In this document: positions 1 to 7,772 of the stretch, in pieces
How positions within the stretch are numbered: position 1 is the first letter of the stretch
Layout: every line of letters starts with the position of its first letter
Assembly: GCA_050261675.1 (NCBI GenBank)
Contig: JBLNDO010000043.1
Coordinates: 3,219-67,218, forward strand
Reading direction: 5' to 3'
DNA from: Bacillota bacterium
Lineage (GTDB): Bacteria > Pseudomonadota > Gammaproteobacteria > Natronospirales > REEB76
Length of the DNA: 64,000 bases
The notes under the pieces: model-generated
Told to the model about the DNA's origin: nothing
The model's input: the letters and a program-made list of their open reading frames with translations, nothing else
Database searches by the model: none
Made by a program: the position numbers and the translations under genes

Positions 1-1284
1 GCCGTCGGCGGACCAGATGGGCCGGTAGAAATAACCCGTCTTGAAGTCGCTGACGATCTGCTCGGCGCCGCCCTCCGAGGGCCGGACGGCGATCTCGTCC
101 TCGCCGGTCACGTCGGTGACATAGGCGACCCACTTGCCGTCCGGCGACCAGGTGGGGTTCTCCTCCTTGGCGTTGGAACTCTGGGTCAGGTCGCGGGTAT
201 TGCCGCGCTCGGCGGGCAGCGTGAACACGTCGCCGCGGGCCTGAAGGAGCGCACGTTTGCCGTTCGGCGAGATGTCGAAGTTCGGGTTGCCCGCGGGATC
301 GCTGCTCTGGATGAACTTGGAGCCGTCCACGTAGCGCGGGTTGGTGTCCACCCCGTCATCCGGCACGTCCACGCTGAGCTTGTGCAGCTGCTCCGAAGGC
401 AGGTCGAGCACATACAGCGAGCCGCCCTCTTGGAACACGATGCCGTTGTCACCCAGGCTCGGCCAATCCACATCGTAGTCTGTGAAGTGGGTCACCTGGC
501 GCATCTGCTTGGTGGCGGTGTCCATGGCCCAGAGGTTGACGCGATGATCCGTGCCGCGGTCGGAGGCCACGTAGATGGTCTTGCCGTACCACATCGGGTC
601 CAGGTCCAGGCCCTTGGAATCGACGGCGAGTTCGTCCGTGCCGGTCTCGAAGTTGTGGATCCAGGCGTTCTGGTGCATGCCACCGGTGTAGCGCTTCCAA
701 GTGCGGAAGTTGGTGAAGATGCGGTTGTAGACGATGGACTTGCCGTCCGGGCTCCAGCTGAACATGCCGCCCTTGTCGAGCGGCATCAGCTCCTCGGGTC
801 CGCCCGTCACCGGCACGGTGAAGTAGCGGCCGAACCAGCTGTTCATGGAGCTGCGCCGTGACAGGAAGATCACGCTCTTCGAGTCCGTCGTCCAGCCGAG
901 CACCATGTTGTCCGGCCCCCAGCGTTCCGGCGCGCGGTCTACCACGTCCGAGTGAAAGGTGAGGCGTTTCGCCGGGCCGCCCTCGGCGGGCACCACGTAG
1001 ACGTCGGTGTTGCCCTGGTACTGCCCCGTGAACGCGATCCATTTCCCGTCCGGGGAGTAGCGCGGCATCATGTCGTAGCCGGGATCGGTGGTGAGGCGCA
1101 TGGCGGTGCCGCCGTTGCGGGGCACCTTCCAGAGGTTGCCGTGGGCCTCGAACACCACGCTGTCGCCGTGCAGGGTCGGGAAGCGGGTGAAGGTCTCGCC
1201 GGCCTGGGCGGTGGAGGCGAGGCCGAGCAGGGCGGCGGCGAGCGCCAGGGCGAGGCCGCGCGGGGACGGGAAGCGCCAATGCAT
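1..1284 (-). CDS. tricorn-protease-like periplasmic protease, N-terminal part (gene continues past window start)
   Basis: The frame is open to the window edge, so it is absent from the ORF track. ATG at 1284-1282 with AGGAG upstream. My translation is MHWRFPSPRGLALALAAALLGLASTAQAGETFTRFPTLHGDSVVFEAHGNLWKVPRNGG..RYSPDGKWIAF..WSPDGKWVAYV: a signal peptide followed by SPDGK beta-propeller repeats typical of bacterial tricorn homologues. Confidence 0.75.
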   Translation of the reverse strand, partial: MHWRFPSPRGLALALAAALLGLASTAQAGETFTRFPTLHGDSVVFEAHGNLWKVPRNGGTAMRLTTDPGYDMMPRYSPDGKWIAFTGQYQGNTDVYVVPAEGGPAKRLTFHSDVVDRAPERWGPDNMVLGWTTDSKSVIFLSRRSSMNSWFGRYFTVPVTGGPEELMPLDKGGMFSWSPDGKSIVYNRIFTNFRTWKRYTGGMHQNAWIHNFETGTDELAVDSKGLDLDPMWYGKTIYVASDRGTDHRVNLWAMDTATKQMRQVTHFTDYDVDWPSLGDNGIVFQEGGSLYVLDLPSEQLHKLSVDVPDDGVDTNPRYVDGSKFIQSSDPAGNPNFDISPNGKRALLQARGDVFTLPAERGNTRDLTQSSNAKEENPTWSPDGKWVAYVTDVTGEDEIAVRPSEGGAEQIVSDFKTGYFYRPIWSADG

Positions 1285-1520
1285 GGGAATCTCCTTTCGG
1301 GGAGGGTTGCCGTTCGGATACGGTCTGTCGGGCTTAAGACAAGGTCCAGGGGGCGGGGTTCATTTCCCCGGGGGCCGGCCATCCTGACCTTGCGGACCGG
1401 GGGCGTCAAACGCCTGTGCGGCAAACCGGTGGCCCCGGGCCGCGGCGCTGGGGTATCCTTGTGCCGGTTTCGACCAGCCCCGGAAGGGTCCGGGGCCCCT
1501 CATCCAGGAGTATTCGTACC

Positions 1521-2117
1521 ATGCGTCAAAGTTTCATCGCCGCCATGCTCGGCGTGGCTGCTCTCATCGCTTATTCTCCGGCGTACGCCGCCAAGACTTC
1601 GACGGCGGCGGCCCCCGCGGCGTTCCCCAAGATCGCCGTCATCGACCTTCAGGCCGTGATCACCGGTTGCCAGCGCGGCCGCGAAGCCATGCAGCTGCTG
1701 CAGCAGAAGCAGAACGAGCTGCAGGCCCAGGCCAACGACCGCAGCACCAAGCTCAACGCCCTCAAGGATCAGCTGGACAAGGCCGACCCGAAGTCCTCCG
1801 GTTACGCGGCGCTGCAGAAGCAGTTCCAGGACGGGCAGGCGGAGTTCCAGGATTTCGTGAACGAGAGCCGCCAGCTGCTGCAGCAGCGCAACCAGGAGGC
1901 GCTCAACCCCATCCAGGGTGAGCTGCAGACGGTGCTGAACCAGTACGTCAAGGAGCGCCACATCGACATCCTGCTGACCAAGGCCGGTGCGCCCTACGCC
2001 TCCGAGGCCTACGACGTGAGCACGGATGTCATCAGCGCCATGGACAAGGACTGGGCCGCGATCCAGAAGGCCGCGCCCGCCCCGACTCCGGCGCCGGCCG
2101 CGTCCACCAAGCACTGA
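1521..2117 (+). CDS. OmpH/Skp-family periplasmic chaperone
   Basis: Internal ATG of ORF 1416..2117, with AGGAG at 1506-1510. Signal peptide MRQSFIAAMLGVAALIAYSPAYA followed by a Q/L/E-rich coiled-coil typical of Skp. Confidence 0.8.
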   Translation: MRQSFIAAMLGVAALIAYSPAYAAKTSTAAAPAAFPKIAVIDLQAVITGCQRGREAMQLLQQKQNELQAQANDRSTKLNALKDQLDKADPKSSGYAALQKQFQDGQAEFQDFVNESRQLLQQRNQEALNPIQGELQTVLNQYVKERHIDILLTKAGAPYASEAYDVSTDVISAMDKDWAAIQKAAPAPTPAPAASTKH

Positions 2118-2136
2118 GCCGAACATTTCGCGGCGC

Positions 2137-3147
2137 ATGATCGACCTGCGCAGCGACACCGTCACCCGTCCCACCGCCGCCATGCGTGAACGCATGGCGG
2201 CGGCGGAGGTCGGGGACGACGTCTTCGGCGACGACCCCACGGTGAAGGCGCTGCAGGAGCGCCTCGCCGAGATGACCGGCCACGAGGCCGGTCTTTTCTT
2301 TCCCTCCGGCACCCAGTCCAACCTCGCGGCGCTCATGGCCCATTGCGGCCGCGGCGAGGAATTCGTCATCGGCGCGCTCGGCCACAGCTTCAAGTACGAG
2401 GCGGGCGGCGCCGCGGTGCTGGGGAGCCTCTGGCCCCAGCCGCTCGAGTATGAGGCGGACGGCAGCCTGGACTTGAGGAAGGTCGCCCAGCTCATCAAGC
2501 CGGACGACGCCCATTTCGCCAAGACTAGGCTCCTGGTGCTGGAGAACACCCAGAACGGCCGGGTGCTGCCGCTCTCTTATATAGAGGCAGCGTCAGCTTT
2601 CGCGAAACAGCACGGCCTGGCGCTGCATCTCGACGGCGCGCGGGTGTTCAACGCCACGGTGAAGCTCCAGGTGCCGCTCGCGCGCATCACCCGCCATTTC
2701 GACTCCGTATCCCTGTGCCTGTCCAAGGGCCTGGGGGCGCCGGTGGGCACGGTGCTCGTGGGCCGCAAGGATTGCATCTACCGGGCCCACCGCGACCGCA
2801 AGATGCTGGGCGGCGGCATGCGCCAGGCGGGCATCCTGGCCGCCGCCGGCCTCTACGCCCTAGAGCACCACGTGGAGCGACTCGCCGAGGACCACGCCAA
2901 CGCCAAGGCCCTGGCGGAAGGTCTCGCCGGGCTGCCCGGGCTCTCGCTCGACCCGAAGCTCGTCCAGACCAACATGGTGTTCGCCTCCCTGGCGGAGCCG
3001 TCCAAAATTGGCGCGCTGGCGGAGCATCTGAAGAAATCCGGAATCGCGATTCTTGCAAACCCAAATTTGAGGCTGGTGACTCATCTCGATGTTAGCCGCA
3101 AGGACATCGACGCGGTGGTCGCGGCCTTCAAGGGCTTCTTACACTAG
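2137..3147 (+). CDS. ltaE: low-specificity L-threonine aldolase
   Basis: Starts MIDLRSDTVTRPT..GDDVFGDDPTV..SGTQSNL..SLCLSKGLGAPVG (PLP-lysine region). The start is an internal ATG of ORF 2026..3147. Confidence 0.85.
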   Translation: MIDLRSDTVTRPTAAMRERMAAAEVGDDVFGDDPTVKALQERLAEMTGHEAGLFFPSGTQSNLAALMAHCGRGEEFVIGALGHSFKYEAGGAAVLGSLWPQPLEYEADGSLDLRKVAQLIKPDDAHFAKTRLLVLENTQNGRVLPLSYIEAASAFAKQHGLALHLDGARVFNATVKLQVPLARITRHFDSVSLCLSKGLGAPVGTVLVGRKDCIYRAHRDRKMLGGGMRQAGILAAAGLYALEHHVERLAEDHANAKALAEGLAGLPGLSLDPKLVQTNMVFASLAEPSKIGALAEHLKKSGIAILANPNLRLVTHLDVSRKDIDAVVAAFKGFLH

Positions 3148-3158
3148 GAGGGTGCTCA

Positions 3159-3806
3159 ATGGCCTTCGAAGGTCTCGATGATCTGCCCGACACGCGCCGC
3201 ATCTTCTGCATCGGCCGCAACTACGCCGAGCACGCCCGGGAGATGGGCAATGCCCTGCCGCCGGAGCCCGTGGTGTTCATGAAGCCCGTCACCAGCTTGG
3301 TGCTGGAAGGCGCGCCCCTCAAGCTGCCGCACGGCCGCGGCAGCGTGCACCACGAGATGGAACTGGTGCTGGCCCTGGGCCGGGAGGCGGAGGAGGTGGA
3401 GCCTGGGGCGGCGCTGTCGCTGCTGGCCGGCGTCACGCTCGGCCTGGACCTCACCCTGCGGGACGAACAGGCGCGCCTGAAGCAGGCCGGCGCGCCCTGG
3501 GAACTTGCCAAGGCTTTCGACGGCAGCGCCGCCGTGGGCACCTTCGCGGCCGCGCCCTTCGCCTTCGACCCGCAGGCGCTGGAGATGCGCTGCGCCGTGA
3601 ACGGCGACTTGCGCCAGCGCGGCAACACCCGCGACATGCTGTTTCCCATCCCCGCCATCCTGGCGTTCCTGTCCCGCCGCTGGCGGCTCCTGCCCGGGGA
3701 CCTGGTGTTCACCGGCACCCCCTCGGGCGTGGGGCCGCTCAAATCCGGGGACCGCGTGGAAATCGAGGCGGAGCATATCGGCCGCTTCGAGTGGACCTGT
3801 TTATGA
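3159..3806 (+). CDS. fumarylacetoacetate hydrolase (FAH) family protein
   Basis: IFCIGRNYAEHAREMG..HHEMELV..MLFPIPAILAFLSR..LLPGDLVFTGTPSGVGP is typical of YcgM-like FAH-fold proteins. Confidence 0.85.
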   Translation: MAFEGLDDLPDTRRIFCIGRNYAEHAREMGNALPPEPVVFMKPVTSLVLEGAPLKLPHGRGSVHHEMELVLALGREAEEVEPGAALSLLAGVTLGLDLTLRDEQARLKQAGAPWELAKAFDGSAAVGTFAAAPFAFDPQALEMRCAVNGDLRQRGNTRDMLFPIPAILAFLSRRWRLLPGDLVFTGTPSGVGPLKSGDRVEIEAEHIGRFEWTCL

Positions 3807-4000
3807 CGCCGGACGCCGCCAAGAAACTGGCGGAAGCCGTGCGCGACGCCTGCCTCAAGGCCGCGAAGCAAGGCTACGAAGAGGCGGCCCAAAGCGGCCT
3901 CTGCCACGAAGGGGCGGTGGAAGCTTCGTTGGATGCGGTACGTATGGTGGATCTGAAGGCGCTTGTAGCTGTGGTGGAGCGGGGCAAAAAACCCAGTTAG
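3803..4000 (+). CDS. small conserved hypothetical protein (65 aa)
   Basis: ATG at 3803 overlaps the FAH stop codon (ATGA). Codon third positions are G+C-rich. Sequence MTPDAAKKLAEAVRDACLKAAKQGYEEAAQSGLCHEGAVEAS. I cannot name a family. Confidence 0.5.
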   Translation: MTPDAAKKLAEAVRDACLKAAKQGYEEAAQSGLCHEGAVEASLDAVRMVDLKALVAVVERGKKPS

Positions 4001-4072
4001 GAGCCTGCTCCGGCGCTCGCCGGGACGCTACAATTCCCCCGCGAACCATGTCCTTGGGGAGTCCGCGAGACC

Positions 4073-5050
4073 GTGAAAAATACGAAGCCCGTCGCCGAAT
4101 TCGTCCGCCACCATTACCGCCATTTCAACGCCGCCGCGCTCATCGACGCGGCCGACGGCTACATCAAACTGCTCCAGGACGGCGGCAAGATGATGGTCAC
4201 GATGGCCGGCGCCATGAGTACCGGCGAACTAGGTCTCTCGCTCGCCGAGATGATCCGCCGCGACAAGGTGCAAATCATCACCTGCACCGGCGCCAACCTG
4301 GAAGAGGACATCTTCAATCTGGTGGCCCACGACCATTACGTGCGCGTGCCCAAGTACCGCGAACTTTCGCCCGAGGGCGAGCAAAAGCTCCTCGACAAGC
4401 ACCTGAACCGGGTCACCGATACCTGCATCCCCGAGGGCGAGGCCATCCGCCGCATCGAGAAGGCGGTGCTCGCGGAGTGGCAGGCGGCCGACAGGAAGGG
4501 CGAGCGCTATTTCCCCCACGAGTTCTTCTACCGCCTGATCCGTTCCGGCGCGCTCACCCAGTACCACCAGATCGACCCGAAGGATTCCTGGATGGTGGCC
4601 GCCTGTGAGAAGAACCTGCCCATCATCGTGCCCGGCTGGGAGGATTCCACGCTCGGCAACATCTTCGCCGCCCACTGCATGAAGGGTGACGTGAAGAACG
4701 TGCACACCGTGCGCACCGGCATCGAATACATGATTTACCTGGCCGACTGGTACCGCAAGAACTCCAAGGGCAAGGGCGTGGGCTTCTTCCAGATCGGCGG
4801 CGGCATCGCCGGCGATTTCCCCATCTGCGTGGTGCCCATGCTGGAACAGGACATGGAGGAGGACACGCCGCTCTGGTCCTACTTCTGCCAGATCAGCGAC
4901 AGCACCACGAGCTACGGCTCCTACTCCGGGGCGGTCCCCAATGAAAAGATCACCTGGGGCAAGCTCGGCACCGATACGCCCAAGTTCATCATCGAGTCCG
5001 ACGCGACCATCGTCGCGCCCCTCGTCTTCGCCTGCGTTTTGGAAGGCTGA
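4073..5050 (+). CDS. deoxyhypusine synthase family protein (bacterial DHS-like)
   Basis: 325 aa with a GTG start. TMAGAMSTGELG..IITCTGANLEEDIF..GWEDSTLGN..FQIGGGIAGDFPI..ISDSTTSYGSYSGA matches the DHS fold over its whole length. Confidence 0.85.
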   Translation: MKNTKPVAEFVRHHYRHFNAAALIDAADGYIKLLQDGGKMMVTMAGAMSTGELGLSLAEMIRRDKVQIITCTGANLEEDIFNLVAHDHYVRVPKYRELSPEGEQKLLDKHLNRVTDTCIPEGEAIRRIEKAVLAEWQAADRKGERYFPHEFFYRLIRSGALTQYHQIDPKDSWMVAACEKNLPIIVPGWEDSTLGNIFAAHCMKGDVKNVHTVRTGIEYMIYLADWYRKNSKGKGVGFFQIGGGIAGDFPICVVPMLEQDMEEDTPLWSYFCQISDSTTSYGSYSGAVPNEKITWGKLGTDTPKFIIESDATIVAPLVFACVLEG

Positions 5051-5071
5051 ACGCTTCACTCGCTTCCGCGC

Positions 5072-5641
5072 ATGAAACCCATCCCCAAGAACGCGGCGCT
5101 CGTGCTCATCGACATCCAGCAGGGTTTCGACAGGCCGGGTTACTGGGGCGTGCGCAACAATCCGGAGGCCGAGGCCAATGCCGCCCGGCTGCTCGATGCT
5201 TGGCGCACCTCTGGCCGCCCGCTGTTCCACGTGCGCCACCTGTCGCGCAACCCGAAGTCCCCGCTCGCGCCCGGCCAACCCGGCTGCGAGATCAAGCCGC
5301 AAGTAGAGCCCCGGCCCGGCGAGGCCGTCATCGGCAAGGACGTGAACAGCGCGTTCATCGGCACGGACTTCGAGGCGCGGCTGCGCGCCGCCGGCATCGA
5401 CACGCTGGTGCTGGCCGGCCTCACCACGCCCCATTGCGTTTCCACCACGGCACGCATGGCGGGCAACCTGGGCTTCCGCACCCTGGTGGCGGCGGACGCT
5501 TGCGCCGCGTTCTCCCAGGCGGGCTATGATGGGCGCGAATTTGGCGCCGAGATCGTGCACCAAGTGGCGCTCGCGAACCTCAACGGCGAATTTGCCGAAG
5601 TGGTTGAGAGTACCGACATCCTCGGCAACCTGGAGGCCTGA
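5072..5641 (+). CDS. isochorismatase-family cysteine hydrolase
   Basis: ALVLIDIQQGF..GKDVNSAFIGTDFEARLRAAGIDTLVLAGLTTPHCVSTTAR shows the catalytic D/K/C arrangement. Confidence 0.85.
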   Translation: MKPIPKNAALVLIDIQQGFDRPGYWGVRNNPEAEANAARLLDAWRTSGRPLFHVRHLSRNPKSPLAPGQPGCEIKPQVEPRPGEAVIGKDVNSAFIGTDFEARLRAAGIDTLVLAGLTTPHCVSTTARMAGNLGFRTLVAADACAAFSQAGYDGREFGAEIVHQVALANLNGEFAEVVESTDILGNLEA

Positions 5642-5644
5642 AGC

Positions 5645-6373
5645 ATGCGCGTCCCGTTCCTTGGTCCAGCGCTCTTCTGCCTGCTGCTGCCCCTCGGGGC
5701 CGCCGCGGACGGCATGTCCACGCCCTACATCCAGGTGCAGGGCCACGGCGAGATGCGCGTGGAACCGGACATTCTTTACGTCTCGCTCACCCTCGAGAAG
5801 TCGGCGCCGGATGCGAAGGGCGCGCGTGCCGAGGTGGAGAGCCGTACCGCCAAGGTGATCGCTGCCGCGCGCAAGCAGGGGATCGCCGACAAGGATATCC
5901 AGGCCCGCGGCATCAACGTGTATCCGGAATACGGCCGTTCCAACAGGATCATGAGCAGCAGCGAAGCCGAGCAGGAGCCCCTCAAGGTCGTGGCCCAGCA
6001 CGTCACCCGGCAGGTGACCCTCACTCTGAGGGACCTCGGCCGCTACGGTGAACTCGTGGATGCGCTCTTCGACGCCGGCGTCACGCGTCTCGACCAGGTG
6101 ACCCCCGACCGCAGCGACCGCACGGCGCTGCAAAACAAGGCCCTGCAGCTCGCCGTACAGGACGCTCACGACAAGGCTTCTAGCCTCGCCCGCGGGGCGG
6201 GTGTTAACCTTGGCGCGGTCTTTAGCATCGCTGAGCAGGGCGGGGGCTATTCCCCACGACCCATCATGATGGCCCGTGCCGAGGCCTCTGCCTCCACTGC
6301 GGCACCCGAATACCTGCCGGGACTGATCGAGATCGACGCAGACGTGGCGGTGTATTACATGATAGGCAAGTAG
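5645..6373 (+). CDS. SIMPL (DUF541) domain periplasmic protein
   Basis: Signal peptide, then IQVQGHGEMRVEPDILYVSLTLE..AL.NKALQLAVQDAHDKA..LA..AG, as in the SIMPL family. Confidence 0.8.
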   Translation: MRVPFLGPALFCLLLPLGAAADGMSTPYIQVQGHGEMRVEPDILYVSLTLEKSAPDAKGARAEVESRTAKVIAAARKQGIADKDIQARGINVYPEYGRSNRIMSSSEAEQEPLKVVAQHVTRQVTLTLRDLGRYGELVDALFDAGVTRLDQVTPDRSDRTALQNKALQLAVQDAHDKASSLARGAGVNLGAVFSIAEQGGGYSPRPIMMARAEASASTAAPEYLPGLIEIDADVAVYYMIGK

Positions 6374-6425
6374 CCGCCAGCGGTTCCACCATTACAAGCA
6401 TAAAGTTTTTCAACGGAGGAATGTC

Positions 6426-6905
6426 ATGAAAATAATGTTCGTCATCGCCGCGGTGCTCGCCGCGGGTCTCGCCGGTTGCGGCGGCGGCACCGCATCCGAC
6501 AACGGCGCCACCATCCTGTCGCTAGGGCCGCAGAGTGCGGTCAAGGAGCAGGGCAGCCGCGACATCCACGACCAGGCTGCGTTCAAGGACATGTGGGACA
6601 AGACATTCGCGGATCAATCGCATCCCCCCGCCATGCCCCAGATCGACTGGACCAAGCAGGCGGTGGTGGCGTACTTCCTCGGCGAGATGAAGCACGGTGG
6701 CTACACGATGCGCGTCGCCCGCGCCGAGCCGGCGAAGGACACGCCGAACGTGTACGACGTGGATTTCCTGGTGATCGAGCCGGGTACAAACTGCCCACGC
6801 ACGACGAACGACATCACCCATCCGTACATCATCGCGGTGGTGCCGTCGGGAAGCGCCAGCATCTCTCTGGACTTGCAGAAGCGCACCACGCCGCCTTGCG
6901 GCTGA
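6426..6905 (+). CDS. lipoprotein with PrcB-C-like domain
   Basis: GGAGG ribosome-binding site and lipobox LAGC. The GEMKHGGYTMRV..VYDVDFLVIEPG pattern resembles the PrcB C-terminal family. Confidence 0.6.
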   Translation: MKIMFVIAAVLAAGLAGCGGGTASDNGATILSLGPQSAVKEQGSRDIHDQAAFKDMWDKTFADQSHPPAMPQIDWTKQAVVAYFLGEMKHGGYTMRVARAEPAKDTPNVYDVDFLVIEPGTNCPRTTNDITHPYIIAVVPSGSASISLDLQKRTTPPCG

Positions 6906-6930
6906 TCCAGTCCGAGGTCGCTCAGACCCA

Positions 6931-6961
6931 GGCGGGGCGCGGCGTGCGCCCCGCCTTTTTT
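6931..6961 (+). terminator. rho-independent terminator
   Basis: GGCGGGGCGC-GGCGT-GCGCCCCGCC followed by TTTTTT, 25 nt after the stop codon at 6905. Confidence 0.6.
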
Positions 6962-7003
6962 ACGTCGCCAACATGGCTCCGGGCCCTGTGCTAGGCTTGA
7001 GGC

Positions 7004-7270
7004 ATGAAAAAGAAAGCCCGGGCCAAGAAGAAAACCGCCCCCAGGAAGGGGCTCGTGAAGAAGCTCGCGACGAAGCTCGCTGCCCGCAAGCCCGCGCGGA
7101 AGAAGCTTGCCGTGAAGAAGATCCCCGCGTCGCTCGCCGCGCCGAAGCCCGCGGTGAAACACGGCCCCCTGCATCTGCCGTCAAAACCGGAACCGGCGTA
7201 CGCGATCCTCCATAAACGCGATTGGGCTACGAAACCGCCTCCCCACGAGTTCCGCATCCCTAAGCGCTAA
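7004..7270 (+). CDS. lysine/alanine/proline-rich histone-H1-like basic protein (88 aa)
   Basis: MKKKARAKKKTAPRKGLVKKLATKLAARKPARKKLAVKKIPASLAAPKP, then a non-repetitive tail ..AYAILHKRDWATKPPPHEFRIPKR. G+C-rich codon third positions support real coding. Confidence 0.55.
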   Translation: MKKKARAKKKTAPRKGLVKKLATKLAARKPARKKLAVKKIPASLAAPKPAVKHGPLHLPSKPEPAYAILHKRDWATKPPPHEFRIPKR

Positions 7271-7391
7271 AACGCCTATTTTGGCCTCTGGCTGCGTTGC
7301 GCTTCGGACTCGCAGTCGGTCACGTACGCTAAGAGTACGCTCCCTCCTGCTCGCCTCGCGTGCCTTGCCATAGGCGCAAAATAGTCGTTTT
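7269..7391. repeat. 123-bp element bounded by about 24-nt imperfect inverted repeats (MITE/REP-like, or a long hairpin)
   Basis: Left arm AAAACGCCTATTTTGGCCTCTGGC (7269-7292). The reverse complement of the right arm (7367-7391) is AAAACGACTATTTTGCGCCTATGGC. That gives 22/24 matches plus one indel. Confidence 0.5.
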
Positions 7392-7407
7392 ATTGAATCA
7401 CTCAGTT

Positions 7408-7680
7408 CTAATTGAATCTTCCAATAATAAATGCGGCGATTCCAATTACGAAAATCGTTCCGCCGAGAACTCCAGACATAGACATTCCGATTAGCAATCC
7501 TGCAATACAAACCACTGTGCCCCACATTTCATAGGAGCCTCCATGTCTTTTCACCACAATACTTTCGGGCTCTGCTTCAGGTGAGGTATCAGTTTTTTTA
7601 ATAGGAAATCCGCAACCTGGGCATTGAGCCGCTTGATCAGAAATCTCTCGGCTACATTCGGGGCATGTTGTTAGAGCCAT
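7408..7680 (-). CDS. zinc-ribbon domain membrane protein (90 aa)
   Basis: N-terminal CPEC..x13..CPGC zinc ribbon followed by two hydrophobic helices. The gene is strikingly A+T-rich relative to its surroundings. Confidence 0.65.
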   Translation of the reverse strand: MALTTCPECSREISDQAAQCPGCGFPIKKTDTSPEAEPESIVVKRHGGSYEMWGTVVCIAGLLIGMSMSGVLGGTIFVIGIAAFIIGRFN

Positions 7681-7772
7681 ATTTCCCCACTCCCTGTTTA
7701 CACTAAGTTTAGAATATACCTGCTAGTTAATACGTCCGAATCCGGCTGGTTTTTGACCCCTCCGGGCGTATC

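Noticed and set aside
4229-6169. 646-aa minus-strand ORF spanning the DHS-like, isochorismatase and SIMPL genes.
   Set aside because: It is antisense to three well-supported plus-strand genes. The translation is low-complexity Arg/Gly/Ala/Val-rich, which is typical of stop-codon depletion in high-G+C DNA.
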